Shown here: in pieces, positions 1-10,929 of the stretch
Numbering within the stretch: the first letter of the stretch is position 1
Layout of the letters: each line of letters begins with the position of its first letter
From: an uncultured Actinomycetes bacterium
GTDB taxonomy: Bacteria; Actinomycetota; Thermoleophilia; Gaiellales; Gaiellaceae
Direction: 5' to 3'
Length of the DNA stretch: 64,000 nt
NCBI GenBank assembly: GCA_963717475.1
Contig: OY970337.1
Location: 2,629,653-2,693,652, forward strand
Notes under the pieces: model-generated
What the model was told of the DNA's origin: nothing
The model's database searches: none
The model's input: only the letters and a program-made list of their open reading frames with translations
Position numbers and translations under genes: made by a program

Positions 1-1488
1 GCGTTCGGCTGGTAGCCCGCGAACGGGCCCATCCGCGCCGCGATCTCGGCCGACTTGCGGTAGGCGCGGCCGGTCATCAGCGCCGTGATCGCCGCCGCGT
101 AGGCGCGGCCCTCGTCGGAGTCGTACGGCAGCCCGCGCGCCATCAGGAGCGCGCCGAGGTTCGCGTAGCCGAGCCCGAGCTGGCGGTAGGCCTTCGCGTT
201 GCGCTCGATCTCGGGCGTCGGGTACGACGAGTAGCCGACCGCGATCTCCTGCGCGAGGAAGACGACGTCGACCGCGTGCTCGAACGCCTCGACGTCGAGC
301 TCGCCGTCCTCGCGGCGGAACTTGAGCAGGTTCAGCGAGGCCAGGTTGCAGGCGGAGTCGTCGATCGACATGTACTCCGAGCACGGGTTGGACGCGTTGA
401 TCCGGCCCGTGTTCGGGAGCGTGTGCCACTTGTTGATCGTCGTGTCGTACTGGACGCCCGGGTCGGCCGACTTCCACGCGGCCTCGGCGATCTGGCGCAG
501 CAGCTCCTTCGCGTCCTTCGTGTCGACGACGGCGCCGTCGGTTCGCGCGGTCAGGTTCCACTCGGCGCCCGCGTCGGCCGCCTCCATGAACCCGTCCGTG
601 ACGCGTACCGAGTTGTTCGCGTTCTGGTACTGGATCGAGGCCCAGTCGCCCGAGTCGAGCGACATGTCGTAGCCGGCGGCCTCGAGAACGCGCGCCTTCT
701 CCTCTTCCTTCGCCTTGCACCAGATGAACTCTTCGACGTCCGGGTGGTCGACGTCGAGGACGACCATCTTGGCCGCGCGCCGCGTCTTGCCGCCGGACTT
801 GATCGTGCCGGCGCTGGCGTCGGCGCCGCGCATGAACGAGACCGGGCCGGAGGCGTAGCCGCCCTTGGAGAGCTGCTCCTTCGACGAGCGCAGGCGCGAG
901 AGGTTGACGCCCGAGCCGGAGCCGCCGCGGAAGATGACGCCCTCGCGCCGGATCCAGTCGAGGATCGAATCCATCGAGTCCTCGATCGAGAGGATGAAGC
1001 ACGCCGAGCACTGCGGCTTCTCCTCGAAGCCGACGTTGAACCAGACGGGGCTGTTGAAGGCCGCGTACTGATTCACGAGGATCGCCTTCAGCTCGGCCTC
1101 GAAGGTCTCGGCCTCTTCCTCGTTCGCGAAGTAGCTTCCCTGCCGGCCCCAGGCGCCGATCGTGTCGACGACCCGGCCGATCATCTGGCGCACGCTGGTC
1201 TCGCGCTCGGGCGATGACATGCGGCCGCGGAAGTACTTCTGCGCGACGATGTTGGTCGCGGTCTGCGACCAGAACTTCGGGAACTCGACGTCCTTCTGCT
1301 CGAAGGCGGGGCCGTCCTTGCCGGGGATCAGCGCGTCACGCGTCTCCCACTCGATCTCCTCGAACGGATCGCGGCCGGGGATGGTGAAAAAACGCTTGAC
1401 TCCGACGTTCGCGCTTGCCTGCGCGACCGCGTTCTCGAGCTGCTCGTCGGTGATTTCGACGGTCTCCACTGCCTTTGCTGACGCCATC
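1..1488 (-). CDS. nrdJ: Class II (adenosylcobalamin-dependent) ribonucleotide reductase, N-terminal ~496 codons; C-terminus lies beyond window start
   Basis: Own translation of the minus strand from ATG 1488..1486: MASAKAVETVEITDEQ..FWSQTATNIVAQKYFRG..NSPVWFNVGFEEKPQCSACFILSIEDSMDSI..GGSGSGVNLSRLRSSKE..NPCSEYMSIDDSACNLASLNL. These are typical RNR catalytic-core motifs. SD GGGAGG lies upstream. The ORF is open to position 1, so it is absent from the ORF track. Confidence 0.85.
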
Positions 1489-1611
1489 TCTCGACCTCCC
1501 ACGCCTATCCCGAATGCTATGTCCTGCGCCCTGGCTCGCGCGGACGGCGCGGGTCGAGCGGACCGCCCATGATGGAGAGGGGGTCGGACGGAATCTCTGA
1601 GCAGGCGGGAG

Positions 1612-2607
1612 TCAGGACGCGGCGGGCTCGTGCGCGTGCCGATGGGTGCTCTTCGAGAGCAGGTCGCGCATCTGAGTCCAGCCGAACGCCCAGAGCATGA
1701 CGACGATTCCGAGCACGACGTTCCAGATCGTCAGGATCGAGTCCTGGGTGATCGAGAACGCCGCCACGCTCTTGGTCGACGCGTACTGGCTCAGCGTGGC
1801 GACGTCGAGCGCCTGCGTCTGGCCGACTCCCCCCGGGGTGATCGCGAAGATCCCGGAGAGCATGTGCGACGACGCTACGAGGAAGACGGTGAACGCGGTG
1901 ATCGGCAGGTGGAAGGCCGCCATGAAGATGATGTTCACGCCGATGCGGCAGGCGTACGAGGCTGCGGACGGGGCCGCGACAGTCCGCGCGTAGCCGCGCC
2001 AGTCGCTGAAGATGGCGGCGCCCTGCTTGGCCTTACGCCACTCCGTGATGAGCCGCGGCTTGATCCGGGGCCAGACGACGACGAGGAGAACGACGATCGC
2101 GACGACGATGAGGGGAATCAGCACGGGGTGCGAGGAGAAGAAGTTGCCCGACTCGTCGGCGGGGGAGCCCTTCGAGACCGTGTGCGGCTTCGAGACCGCG
2201 ACGCCGATCACCATCAGCACGCTCAGCGCGAGGAAGAAGACCGACTGGACGAATGCGGCCGTGGTCACGCCGCTGACGGTGGCGCCGCGGATGCTCGTGC
2301 GGAAGATTCCGATCATCGCGGCCGTCCCGGCCTGGGCGGGCGCCAGCGCGTTGATCGCCGTTCCGCCCTGGGAGGCGCCCCACGCGGTCTTGAACGAGAG
2401 GCCGCCTTTCGGATAAGCGGCGCGCAGGATGTTCCGCCAGGTGAGGCCCAGGAAAGCGGACTCGCAGGTCTTCAGCGCCAGCGCCAGGACGAGCCAGTAC
2501 GGCGAGACGTCGCCGATCCGCGTGAACACACCGGCGACCCAGTTCCAGAGATCGCCCAAGACGCTTGCTAGCACCACGGTCTCCATGGGTGATCTTATGA
2601 CCGACAC
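1612..2607 (-). CDS. Polytopic membrane protein, lysylphosphatidylglycerol-synthase-TM-region / flippase-like (UPF0104) family
   Basis: 331-aa ORF with about 8 hydrophobic helices. Pattern LKTCESAFLGLTWRNIL..GIFAITPGGVGQTQAL resembles UPF0104/MprF TM-region proteins. Start uncertain (GTG 2607 or ATG 2586). Confidence 0.55.
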   Translation of the reverse strand: MSVIRSPMETVVLASVLGDLWNWVAGVFTRIGDVSPYWLVLALALKTCESAFLGLTWRNILRAAYPKGGLSFKTAWGASQGGTAINALAPAQAGTAAMIGIFRTSIRGATVSGVTTAAFVQSVFFLALSVLMVIGVAVSKPHTVSKGSPADESGNFFSSHPVLIPLIVVAIVVLLVVVWPRIKPRLITEWRKAKQGAAIFSDWRGYARTVAAPSAASYACRIGVNIIFMAAFHLPITAFTVFLVASSHMLSGIFAITPGGVGQTQALDVATLSQYASTKSVAAFSITQDSILTIWNVVLGIVVMLWAFGWTQMRDLLSKSTHRHAHEPAAS

Positions 2608-2628
2608 CCCTCCCGAAAGGCGGCCGAG

Positions 2629-3055
2629 ATGGACCAGTCAGATCTACACGAGCGCCTGTCGCATCTTCCGATCCAGGTGAACCCGGCTCTCGTCGAGCAC
2701 GGCCGAGCAGCGCGCGCAGAGCGTCCAGAACCGGATCGCCGACGAAATCACGGCCTTCGCCGGCTCGATGCGGTTCGTGTACCTCCACGTGGTCTGGTTC
2801 GGGCTCTGGATCGGCCTGGGTGCGGAGAAGTACCCGTACGGCCTGCTGACCATGATCGTCTCGCTCGAGGCGATCTTCCTCTCGACGTTCGTGATGATCA
2901 GTCAGAACCGGGCCGACGCCAAGCGCCAGGTGATCGCGAACCTGGAGTGGAGGACGGTCCGGGAAGAGGACAAGCAGAACCGGGAGCTGCTCAAGCTCTC
3001 GAATCAGATCCTCGAGCTGACCAAGGCCATTCACCAGCGCACGAGCGCCGGCTGA
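2629..3055 (+). pseudogene. DUF1003 family membrane protein, reading frame broken by an apparent +1 shift between about 2681 and 2767
   Basis: The C-terminal part (2768..3055) reads ..ITAFAGSMRFVYLHVVWFGLWI..LLTMIVSLEAIFLSTFVMISQNR, a DUF1003 signature. In-frame codons upstream (TAEQRAQSVQNRIADEITAFAGS) still look coding, but there is no ATG/GTG/TTG after the stop at 2678. An ATG at 2629 with SD (GAAAGG) is in the -1 frame (MDQSDLHERLSHLPIQ..). The 427-nt span minus 1 is divisible by 3. Confidence 0.6.
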
Positions 3056-3080
3056 CACTTGCTGGTGCGCTGGACGGGCT

Positions 3081-6000
3081 CTAGGGCGCGCCTAGCTCGG
3101 CGAGGAGCTCACGCACACGCTCGGTCATGACCTCGTTGCCCTTCTGCTCGTAGAGGGCGAGCGCCTGCTCCAGCTGCGATCTCGCATCGTCGGCGCGGCC
3201 GGCCAGCTCGAGAACCTCCGCGAAGCTTGCCCGCACCTGCGCCTGGTGGTTGATCTCGTCGCTGCGGTTGATGATCTCGACCGCCTCACGCGCGAGCTCC
3301 TCGGCCGCCGTGAGGTCGCCCCGTCTCGCGAGGACTTTCGCCTGGGTCTCGCGCCAGAAGGCCTGGGCGTTGTAGTCGTCGCTCGTCGCCGTCTCGCGGC
3401 TGCGGCCGGCGGCGGCCTCGGCCTCATCGAGCCGGTCGAGCGCGTAGAGCGCCTGGGCGTGCAGGCCCGACATCGTCGAGAGCCAGCCGCGCTCGCCGGC
3501 GGCGTCGAGCGCGTCGCACGCCTCGCGTAGGTCGTGCTCTGCGGCCGCCGCGTCCCCTGCCAGCAGCTCGAGCGGTCCGGTCCAGAACGCCATCGTGCTC
3601 ACGTCGAGGGGTCTGGCCAGGTTTGCGAGCGAAGCACGTGCCTCCGCCATCAGCTGCCGCGCCTCGTCGAATCTTCCCTGCAGCGCGTAGAAACCGCCGA
3701 GGACCCGCGTCAGCCACCCCTGCATCCAGGTCTGGGTCTCGGTGCTCTCGGCGAGACGCTCGACTCGCGGGAGCGCCGTGGAGACCGGCGTGGGGCCCCA
3801 GAACATGCTGACCGCAAGGAAAACGATCGCGTCCCGCTCGCGCGCGAGGTCCCCCGCACGGCGCGCGTGGTCGAGCGCAGGCTCGAGCGCGCTCGAGACG
3901 CCGTTCCAGACGCCGTGCAGGTTGTTGCCCATCGCGATGAGGTGCCAGGCCGCGGCGAGCGAGGCGTCGTCTCCCAGGGGCTCGAGCTGCGCGACGGCGT
4001 CCTGCCCCAGCTCGATCGCCTGCTCGGCAGTGAACGACGGGTCGGTCACCACGCGGTGGAGGGCGAGCTCGCAACTGGCCCGCAGCTCCGCAGCTGTGTC
4101 GCCGGCTTCACGCGCCACGGCGACCGCCTGCTCGAGCCGCCCGCGCGCCGCCTCCAGGTCGCCGGCGTTGAAGAGCGAGTCGCCGAGGACGATCAGGAGG
4201 TCCACACCGCTCCGTCCCTGCGGCGGGACGAGGGACACCGCTCGCTGAAGGAGCTTCGCCGACGCGCTCACGTCTCCGATCGCCCGCGAGTGGCTGCCCG
4301 CCGCCGCCAGTCTCCGCGCCGCCTGCCGCGCGAGCTCTTCGTCGCGGTCGCCGGTCGCGCCGAGCTCATCGCGATAGCGGTAGGCCTGCTCGAGGTGGTA
4401 GCCGACGATCTCGTCCAGCTCGACGACCTCGGCCCCGTGCTCGTCGAGCCAGCCGGCGAACCGCTCGTGCAGGTCCGCGCGCGTCGCCTTCGGCAGGGCC
4501 TCGTAGGCGGCGTCACGGATCAGCAGGTGGCGAAAGCGGTAGGCGTCCTCGCCCGGGAGCTGCGTCTTGTCGGGCCGCACGAGCTCCTTTCGCACGAGGC
4601 CGTTGAGGCGCGTCTCGACCTGGGTCTCCTCGGGCGCGAGGGCCTGGACGGCGCCGCGGTGGAAGATCCGGCCTTCGACCGAGCCCCGTTCGAGGACGCC
4701 GCGCTCGGCCGGCTCGAGCTGGTCGAGCCTCGCCGCGAGCAGCGCCTGGATCGTTCCCGGCACGGCGATCTCGCCGTCGCCCGAGTCTTCGACGAGCGCG
4801 ACCATCTCCTCGACGAAGAGCGGGTTTCCCTCGGCTGCATCGCGGATCCGCTGCTGGAGATCCGGCTCGAGCGCGGACTCGCCGAGCAGCCGTTCGAGCA
4901 GCTCGTCGGTCTCGGTCGCGCTCAGCGGCTCGAGGAGGATCGTCGTCGCGTTGACCTTGCCGCCGCCCCAGTCCCGGCGCGTGTCCAGGAGCTCCGGCCG
5001 CGCGAGGCAGACGAGTAGCAGCGGCGCATCTCGCGAGAGATCGGCGATGTGCTCGAGGAGGTCGAGCAAGGTCGGCTCCCCCCAGTGGATGTCGTCGACG
5101 ACGGCGACGAGCGGGTTCGACTGCGCATTTGCCTCGAGCAGCTTCCTGGCGGCCCACTGGATCTGCTCGCGGCTGCTGAGGGATTCCTCCTCGCCGAGCA
5201 GCAGCTCGATCGTCGCGACTGCCGCAGGGTCCAGCCCGAGCTCCGCGGCCGGCGGCAGCTGCTTCAGGATCTCGACGAGCGGCCAGTAGGTGATGCCCTC
5301 GCCGTAGGGGAGGCAGCGGCCGCGGACGACGGTTGCCCCGTCAAGCGAGGCGAGCAGCTCGGCCGTGAGGCGCGATTTGCCGACGCCCGCGACGCCGAGG
5401 ATCGTGAACAGCTGGCAGGAGCGGTCGTGGACCGCCTGCGCGAACGCTTCCTGGAGCCTGCGCAGCTCCCGTTCGCGGCCGACGAGGGGAGCGTCGAGGC
5501 GGCGGGTGAAGGCTGGTGCCTCTTGGTGCAGGGCGAGCAGGCGCTGCGCGACGATCGGCTCGCTCTTGCCCTTCAGCTCGAGGGTCACCGGCTCGGTCTC
5601 GACAGCGTCGCGGACGAGCTGCGCAGTCTCGGCGCCGAGCAACACCTCGCCGGCGCCCGCGGCCTGCTCGAGGCGCGCCGCGACGTTGACGGCGTCGCCG
5701 GTGGCGAGGCGCTCGCCGGTGCCCACGACCACCTCGCCCGTGTTGACGCCGATCCGCGCCTGCACGCCGAGCTCGGGGAGGGCGTCGCGCATCTCGACGG
5801 CGGCTCTGACTGCGCGTAGGGCATCGTCCTCGTGCAGCTGGGGCACGCCGAAGACCGCCATGACCGCGTCGCCGATGAACTTCTCGACCGCAGCCGCCGT
5901 GGCGCTCGACGATCGCCTTCATCTGGTCGAAGTAGCGGCCGAGCAGCGCGCGCAGTGCCTCCGGGTCGGTCGACTCGCCGAGGGCCGTCGAACCGACGAC

Positions 6001-6135
6001 GTCGCAGAAGAGGACCGTGACGACCTTGCGGTACTCGCGCGCTGCGGGCTCGGAGGCGGCCAGGTCTGCGCCACACGAGTTGCAGAACCGCGACCCTGCC
6101 GGGTTCTCCTGTCCACAGCTCGCGCAGACGACCAC
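3081..6135 (-). pseudogene. Zinc-ribbon + class III adenylate/guanylate cyclase + AAA/STAND NTPase + TPR signalling protein, split by an apparent +1 frameshift near 5892
   Basis: The N-terminal fragment (ORF ending 6135) reads MVVCASCGQENPAGSRFCNSCG..KVVTVLFCDVVGSTALGE..MKAIVERHGG, then becomes garbage. The downstream frame continues AVEKFIGDAVMAVFGVPQLHEDDALRAV..IGVNTGEVV..GDAVNVAARLE, followed by Walker A GVAGVGKSRL and C-terminal TPR-like repeats. Junction on the coding strand: cac ggc ggc T gcg gtc gag aag. Confidence 0.8.
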
Positions 6136-6179
6136 GCGGAAAGCCTACGGCGAGACGCGACACGTTCATACTGGACGCG

Positions 6180-8337
6180 ATGGGCGTGACGGAGCGCCTA
6201 GCACGCGTGTCGAGCCGCCATCCGTGGCGGGTCATCCTCGGCTGGGTCGCGGCGATCGTGCTCGCGCTCGCCTCGGCGGCCATCCTGCTGCCCGGGAACC
6301 TGACGACGAACGGCCACGTGACGGGGAACCCGCCGTCGAAGCAGGCTGAGGATCTCTTCGGGCAGCGCTTCCCGCCGGACAAGAACGGCGTCGACGAGCT
6401 GATCGTCGTCCACTCCGCGGCCCACACCGCGGGCGATCAGGCGTTCACCTCCTTCCTCGCCGGCCTCCGGGACCAGGCGAACGCGACCGGCGTGGTCTAC
6501 CGGTACCTGCCGCCGGCCGTCTCGCACGACGGGCACACCATCCTGGTCGGCGTCCAGCGAAAGGCGGACGTCGACAAGCTCCTCGCCCTCGTCCAGGGCG
6601 TCGACGGGCAGGACGGCTTCAGCGTCGTGATGACGGGAGAGGGAACGCTCGACCACGACTTCAACGAGCTCTCGCAGCACGACCTGAAGTCGGGCGAGCT
6701 CGAGTTCGGCCTGCCCGCCGCGCTGATCATCCTCGTCCTCGTCTTCGGCGCGGTGGTCGCGGGCCTCGTGCCTCTGGTGATGGCGATCGTCGCGATCATC
6801 GTCGCGCTGGGGCTCTGCGGGCCGATCGCGGCGACGCTGTCGCTCTCGGTCTTCTTCGTGAACATGCTCACGGGGATGGGGCTGGCGCTCGGGATCGACT
6901 ATTCACTCTTCGTCGTCTCGCGCTACCGGGAGGAGCGGGCCGGCGGCCTGCCGCAGCTCGACGCGATCGCCGCGTCCGGCGCGACCGCGAGCCGCGCGGT
7001 GCTGTTCAGCGGCTCGATGTTCGTGATCGCGCTGAGCGGGATGCTGCTCGTGCCGTCCAACGTGATGAAGAGCCTTGCGACCGGCGCGATCGTGGTCGGG
7101 ATCGTCTCGGTGCTCGCGGCGCTCACGCTCCTGCCGGCGCTGCTCGGCGTCCTCGGAGACCGCGTGAACTCGCTTCGGGTTCCGTTCATGGGAAGCGGCG
7201 GCGGGGACAGCCGCTTCTGGGGCGCCGATCGTCCGCTACGTGATGCGCCGGCCGGTCCTGCCGCTGGTCGCGTTCACGGCGCTCCTGGTCGCCGTCGCGG
7301 TGCCGGTCCTCGGCCTCAACCTCGGGGCGAGCGGAGTGAGCACGCTTCCCGACAGGCTCGAGTCGAAGCAGGGCTTCGAGGCGCTCAACCGATACTTCCC
7401 GCAGGCGAGCTCGAGCCCGGCGCTGGTCGCGGTCGAGGGGAACGTGCGCTCGCCCGAAGTGCGCGCTGCGATCGGGCGGCTGCGGAACGAGTTCCGCGGC
7501 GACCCCGTCTTCGGGCGCAGCGACGTGCGTTTCGACAAGACGGGCGGGCTGGCCGCGATCGGAGTTCAGATCGGCGGCGACAAGACCGGGGAGCCCGCGC
7601 TCGACGCGGTTCGGCGTCTGCGATCGACGCTGATCCCGGAGGCGTTCCGTGGGACGGACGCGCAAGTGGTGGTCGGCGGCGACACGGCCGACAACGTCGA
7701 CTTCATCGACGCCATGAACGAGTGGCTGCCGTTCGTGTTCCTGTTCGTGCTGGGCCTGAGCTTCGTGCTGCTGACGATCGTCTTCCGCTCGATCGTGATC
7801 GCCGCGACGTCGATCGTGCTCAACCTGCTCTCGGTGACTGCGGCCTACGGGCTCGTGATCCTCGTCTTCCGGCACGGGGTCGGGAACGGGCTGCTCGGCT
7901 TCCAGCGCGTGCACGCGATCGAGGCCTGGGTGCCGCTGTTTTTGTTCTCGGTGCTGTTCGGGCTGTCGATGGACTACCAGGTGTTCCTGCTCAGCCGGAT
8001 CAAGGAGCGCTACGACCAGACCGGCTCGACCGTCGAGGCGGTCACGCACGGCGTCTCCTCGACCGCGCGCCTGATCACCGGCGCGGCGCTGATCATCGTC
8101 GCGGTCTTCGGCGGCTTCGCGATGGGCGACCTGGTCATGTTCCAGCAGATGGGCTTCGGGGTCGCGATCGCGCTGCTGATCGACGCGACGATCATCCGCT
8201 CGGTGCTCATGCCCGCGGCGATGCGGATCCTGGACCGCTGGAACTGGTACCTGCCGAGCTGGCTCGAGTGGCTGCCGCGCGTCGAGGTCGAGCGCGAGCG
8301 GCCGGAGGGCGTCGCGGTCCCGAGCGCCGGTTCCTGA
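6180..8337 (+). pseudogene. MMPL/RND-superfamily membrane transporter, split by an apparent +1 frameshift near 7227
   Basis: The 6180 frame gives ..GMGLALGIDYSLFVVSRYREE..LLPALLGVLGDRVNSLRVPFMGSGGGDSRFWGA, then Arg/Pro garbage. The frame of 7240 continues IVRYVMRRPVLPLVAF..FGLSMDYQVFLLSRIKERY..LMPAAMRILDRWNWYLP. These are the two repeated MMPL halves. Junction: ggc gcc G atc gtc cgc tac. Confidence 0.8.
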
Positions 8338-8363
8338 GGCGCGAGGTGTCGCTGGTCTTTTCT

Positions 8364-8894
8364 TTAGCCCGAAGGCGAGTTCGTGTGCAGATCCAAGCGC
8401 CAGTCATTGCAGCGCATGGGATGACCGGGCGGAAACTCGAAGTCGCACTCCTCCAGTAGCTCGAACCCGAGCTTGCGGCAGATCGCGTTCGAAGGCGCGT
8501 TCGCGACCGACGGAAACGCGTGGAGGTAGCGGTGCTTCCCTTCGGCGCGAACTGCGTCGATCGCCTGCTGGGTTGCCGTCCTCGCGATCCCGCGGCCCTG
8601 GAACTCGGGCAGGACCATCCACCCGGTCTCCCAGACGGTCAGGTCGCGCCAGTCCTTCTCCCAGTAGCCGACCGAGCCGGCGGACTCGCCGCTCGCCTCG
8701 TCGACGATCTTGAACATACGGCCCGTCCCGGTGTCGCCGATCCGCTCGTAGCGGCCCTGGCGCTCGGCGAGCTTCTCTTCGCTCTCCGGCCCGCCGAGGT
8801 GCTCGGTCATGACCGGGTCGCCCATCAGCCGGCGGAGCAAGGGGAGGTCGCCCTCGGCCCAGGCCTCGAGCCGTACGCGTGCCAGTTCGGCCAT
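8364..8894 (-). CDS. GNAT family N-acetyltransferase
   Basis: 176-aa ORF. The acetyl-CoA binding region WMVLPEFQGRGIARTATQQAID..NAPSNAICRKLGFE is typical of the GNAT fold. Confidence 0.75.
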   Translation of the reverse strand: MAELARVRLEAWAEGDLPLLRRLMGDPVMTEHLGGPESEEKLAERQGRYERIGDTGTGRMFKIVDEASGESAGSVGYWEKDWRDLTVWETGWMVLPEFQGRGIARTATQQAIDAVRAEGKHRYLHAFPSVANAPSNAICRKLGFELLEECDFEFPPGHPMRCNDWRLDLHTNSPSG

Positions 8895-8980
8895 CGGGAT
8901 TGGATACCAGGTGAGAGGCGGCGCGCTACGACCGGCTCGCTCCCAGGTCCTCCAGTCTTTAGCGCGACCCTACAACCGGT

Positions 8981-9394
8981 ATGAATGGGCGCATGGTTGC
9001 GGGCCGACAACTACGAGGACGCTGCGAGTGCCGGGCGGTTCGTTACCGCGTCACCGACGAGTTCCTCTACGCGGCCAACTGCCATTGCTCCAACTGCCGC
9101 GCCGGGACGGGATCGGCGTTCAAGGCGTTCGCGGGGATCGAGCGGGCGAAGCTCGAGGTAGTCGAGGGAGCGGACAGGCTGCTCGTCTGGGGCGAGGACG
9201 ACGCGAACCACACGCGCTGCGGCGTCTGCGGCTCGCTGCTCTACTCGGTGGTGCGCGAGGGCGAGTACGTGCACGTCGCGCTCGGGTCGCTCGTCGACCC
9301 CCCGTCGATCCGGCCGAGCGAGCACATCTTCGTCGGCTCGAAGGCGCCCTGGTTCGAGATCACGGACGACCTGCCGCAGAACGACGAGTACTAG
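8981..9394 (+). CDS. GFA (glutathione-dependent formaldehyde-activating / CENP-V-like) family zinc protein
   Basis: 137 aa. The Cys pattern CECRAVRY..CHCSNCR..CGVCGS is characteristic of the GFA domain. Confidence 0.75.
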   Translation: MNGRMVAGRQLRGRCECRAVRYRVTDEFLYAANCHCSNCRAGTGSAFKAFAGIERAKLEVVEGADRLLVWGEDDANHTRCGVCGSLLYSVVREGEYVHVALGSLVDPPSIRPSEHIFVGSKAPWFEITDDLPQNDEY

Positions 9395-9727
9395 CTAGCG
9401 GCGCGTCGCCACGCGAAGCCTGTTCCCGTCCGGATCTTCAAGCGCGCATTCCCGTCCCGCAAGGCCCTCTTCGTCGACCGAGACGCCGTATTCCTCCGCG
9501 ACAGCGTCGACGTCGCGGACGTAGAGATGGATGAGCGTGTTCGGTCGGGCATCGCCCTTGTGCTCGGAGAGGTACAGCCGGACGTCCCCGCGAGCCACCG
9601 AGACGAACCACGGAAAGCCGGGCTCGAACTGATGCTCCCACTCCTTGTCGAATCCGAGGCGCCCGTACCACGCGACGGCGCGCAGTGCGTCCTCGACGTA
9701 TAGGACAGGGACGACCTCCTCTTCCAC
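9395..9727 (-). CDS. VOC / glyoxalase-bleomycin-resistance family protein
   Basis: The 3' end of a long GC-artefact ORF looks coding: VEEEVVPVLYVEDALRAVAWYGRLGFDKEWEH..VRLYLSEHKGD..ALEDPDGNRLRV. Start assigned to GTG 9727 and is uncertain. Confidence 0.6.
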   Translation of the reverse strand: MEEEVVPVLYVEDALRAVAWYGRLGFDKEWEHQFEPGFPWFVSVARGDVRLYLSEHKGDARPNTLIHLYVRDVDAVAEEYGVSVDEEGLAGRECALEDPDGNRLRVATRR

Positions 9728-9795
9728 GCGCGCGAGGCTACCGCCCCGCGAGCGGCCGGGAGGGCTTGCGCCTAGGAACGCGTGTGCTGGATGCC

Positions 9796-10728
9796 CTAAA
9801 CGATCTCGACGGTGTCGCCGTCGGCGAGGACGTGCTCCCGGCCGACGCGCTGGCGGTCGAACTTCGCCGACGGGCCGGTGACGTGCGCCCCCGTGCAGGT
9901 CTCGGCGAGGGCGTGGTGAACGAGCCGCGCGGCGTCGACGACGGTCGCTCCCGGCTCGAGCGCGTGCGGTTCCGCCTCGTCCAGCCCGGGGCTGCGCAGG
10001 TAGATGCGGATCAGCCCGGTGAGCTGCCAGACGGCATCGCGGAAGCGGTCGAGGCTCGCGTCGTCGAGGACCGAGACGCCGATCGCCGGCAGGGCGAGCT
10101 GCTCCGAGATCTCTTCGACGCGCTGCGGTGCGGCCTCGTCGAGCTTGGTGACCGCGACGAGCGCCGGCTTGTCGATGCCGGCGGTCTCGAGCTCCACGCG
10201 CACCGCGCGCAGGCCGTCGAGCGACGCGGTCGCGTCCTGGCAGAGCACCATCGCGTCCGCGCCGCGCAGGACGCCGAGCAGCGCCCGCCCGCCGCCGCGG
10301 TCGTCTGTCGCGCCTTCGATCAGGCCCGGGATCTCGACGAGCTGCACGAGCACGCCGCGGATCCGCGTCACGGCCGGCACCGGCCGCGTCGTCGTGAACG
10401 CGTAGTCGCCCGTCTTGATCTGGATGCTCGAGAGCGCCTGGAGCAGCGACGACTTGCCGGCGTTCGGCGGCCCGACGAGCGCGATCTGCGCGACGCCCTC
10501 CCGCCGGACCGCGATCGAGTCGCGGTGCACCGCCTTCTTGCGCACGTGCGCTTCCTCGATCTGGCCGGCCACCCACTTGCGGATGTCGGCGTAGGGGCCG
10601 CTCTTGTAGCCGGGCAGCTCCGTCAGGATCGTGCGGAGCTCCTTGATCCGCTCGCCGCCTTCCTTGCCGACGAGCCGGCGCTTGATCACCTGCATCTGCG
10701 TGCGATGCGGCATCGGCATCGCGATCAC
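9796..10728 (-). CDS. OBG/DRG-type GTP-binding protein with C-terminal TGS domain
   Basis: 310 aa. G1 is GPPNAGKSSLL, followed by YAFTT, G3 EIPGLIEGA and TKLD. The C-terminal TGS-like segment is ..HVTGPSAKFDRQRVGREHVLADGDTVEIV. Confidence 0.75.
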   Translation of the reverse strand: MIAMPMPHRTQMQVIKRRLVGKEGGERIKELRTILTELPGYKSGPYADIRKWVAGQIEEAHVRKKAVHRDSIAVRREGVAQIALVGPPNAGKSSLLQALSSIQIKTGDYAFTTTRPVPAVTRIRGVLVQLVEIPGLIEGATDDRGGGRALLGVLRGADAMVLCQDATASLDGLRAVRVELETAGIDKPALVAVTKLDEAAPQRVEEISEQLALPAIGVSVLDDASLDRFRDAVWQLTGLIRIYLRSPGLDEAEPHALEPGATVVDAARLVHHALAETCTGAHVTGPSAKFDRQRVGREHVLADGDTVEIV

Positions 10729-10929
10729 CTTCCTCTCAAGTCATGCGGGAAGGCGCGCGCCTGCGGCGGCCGTCAGCGGCCGCGCGAGCGCGTCCCTGTC
10801 CCGCCGCTTCCTCGGACGCTGAGCTGGAAGCGGCGGATCAGCCGTTTTGGCGCAGTGCGATGGCGAACCAGCGGGCCATGGCGGAAAGTGTACTCAGGCT
10901 CGCCGCGGATTAACGGCGAGAATCGAGGG

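Noticed and set aside
276-1217. 313-aa plus-strand ORF (and several shorter ones) overlapping the first 1.5 kb
   Set aside because: Its composition is Arg/Ala/Val/Asp-rich with no motifs. It lies antisense to a clear class II RNR coding sequence, so it is a typical high-GC shadow ORF.
1489-1611. Possible NrdR box or cobalamin riboswitch in the nrdJ leader
   Set aside because: I could not find a 16-nt ACACWATATATWGTGT-like palindrome pair; only a weak CTAT..CTAT resemblance near 1505-1525. There is no B12-box (rAGYCMGgAgaCCkGCcd)-like element either, and the 123-nt leader is too short for a full B12 aptamer. A covariance-model scan would be needed.
10897-10918. Hairpin CTCGCCG-cggattaa-CGGCGAG just upstream of the RBS of the second cyclase gene
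   Set aside because: It is only a 7-bp stem and occurs once. It does not sequester the SD, so there is insufficient evidence for a regulatory role.
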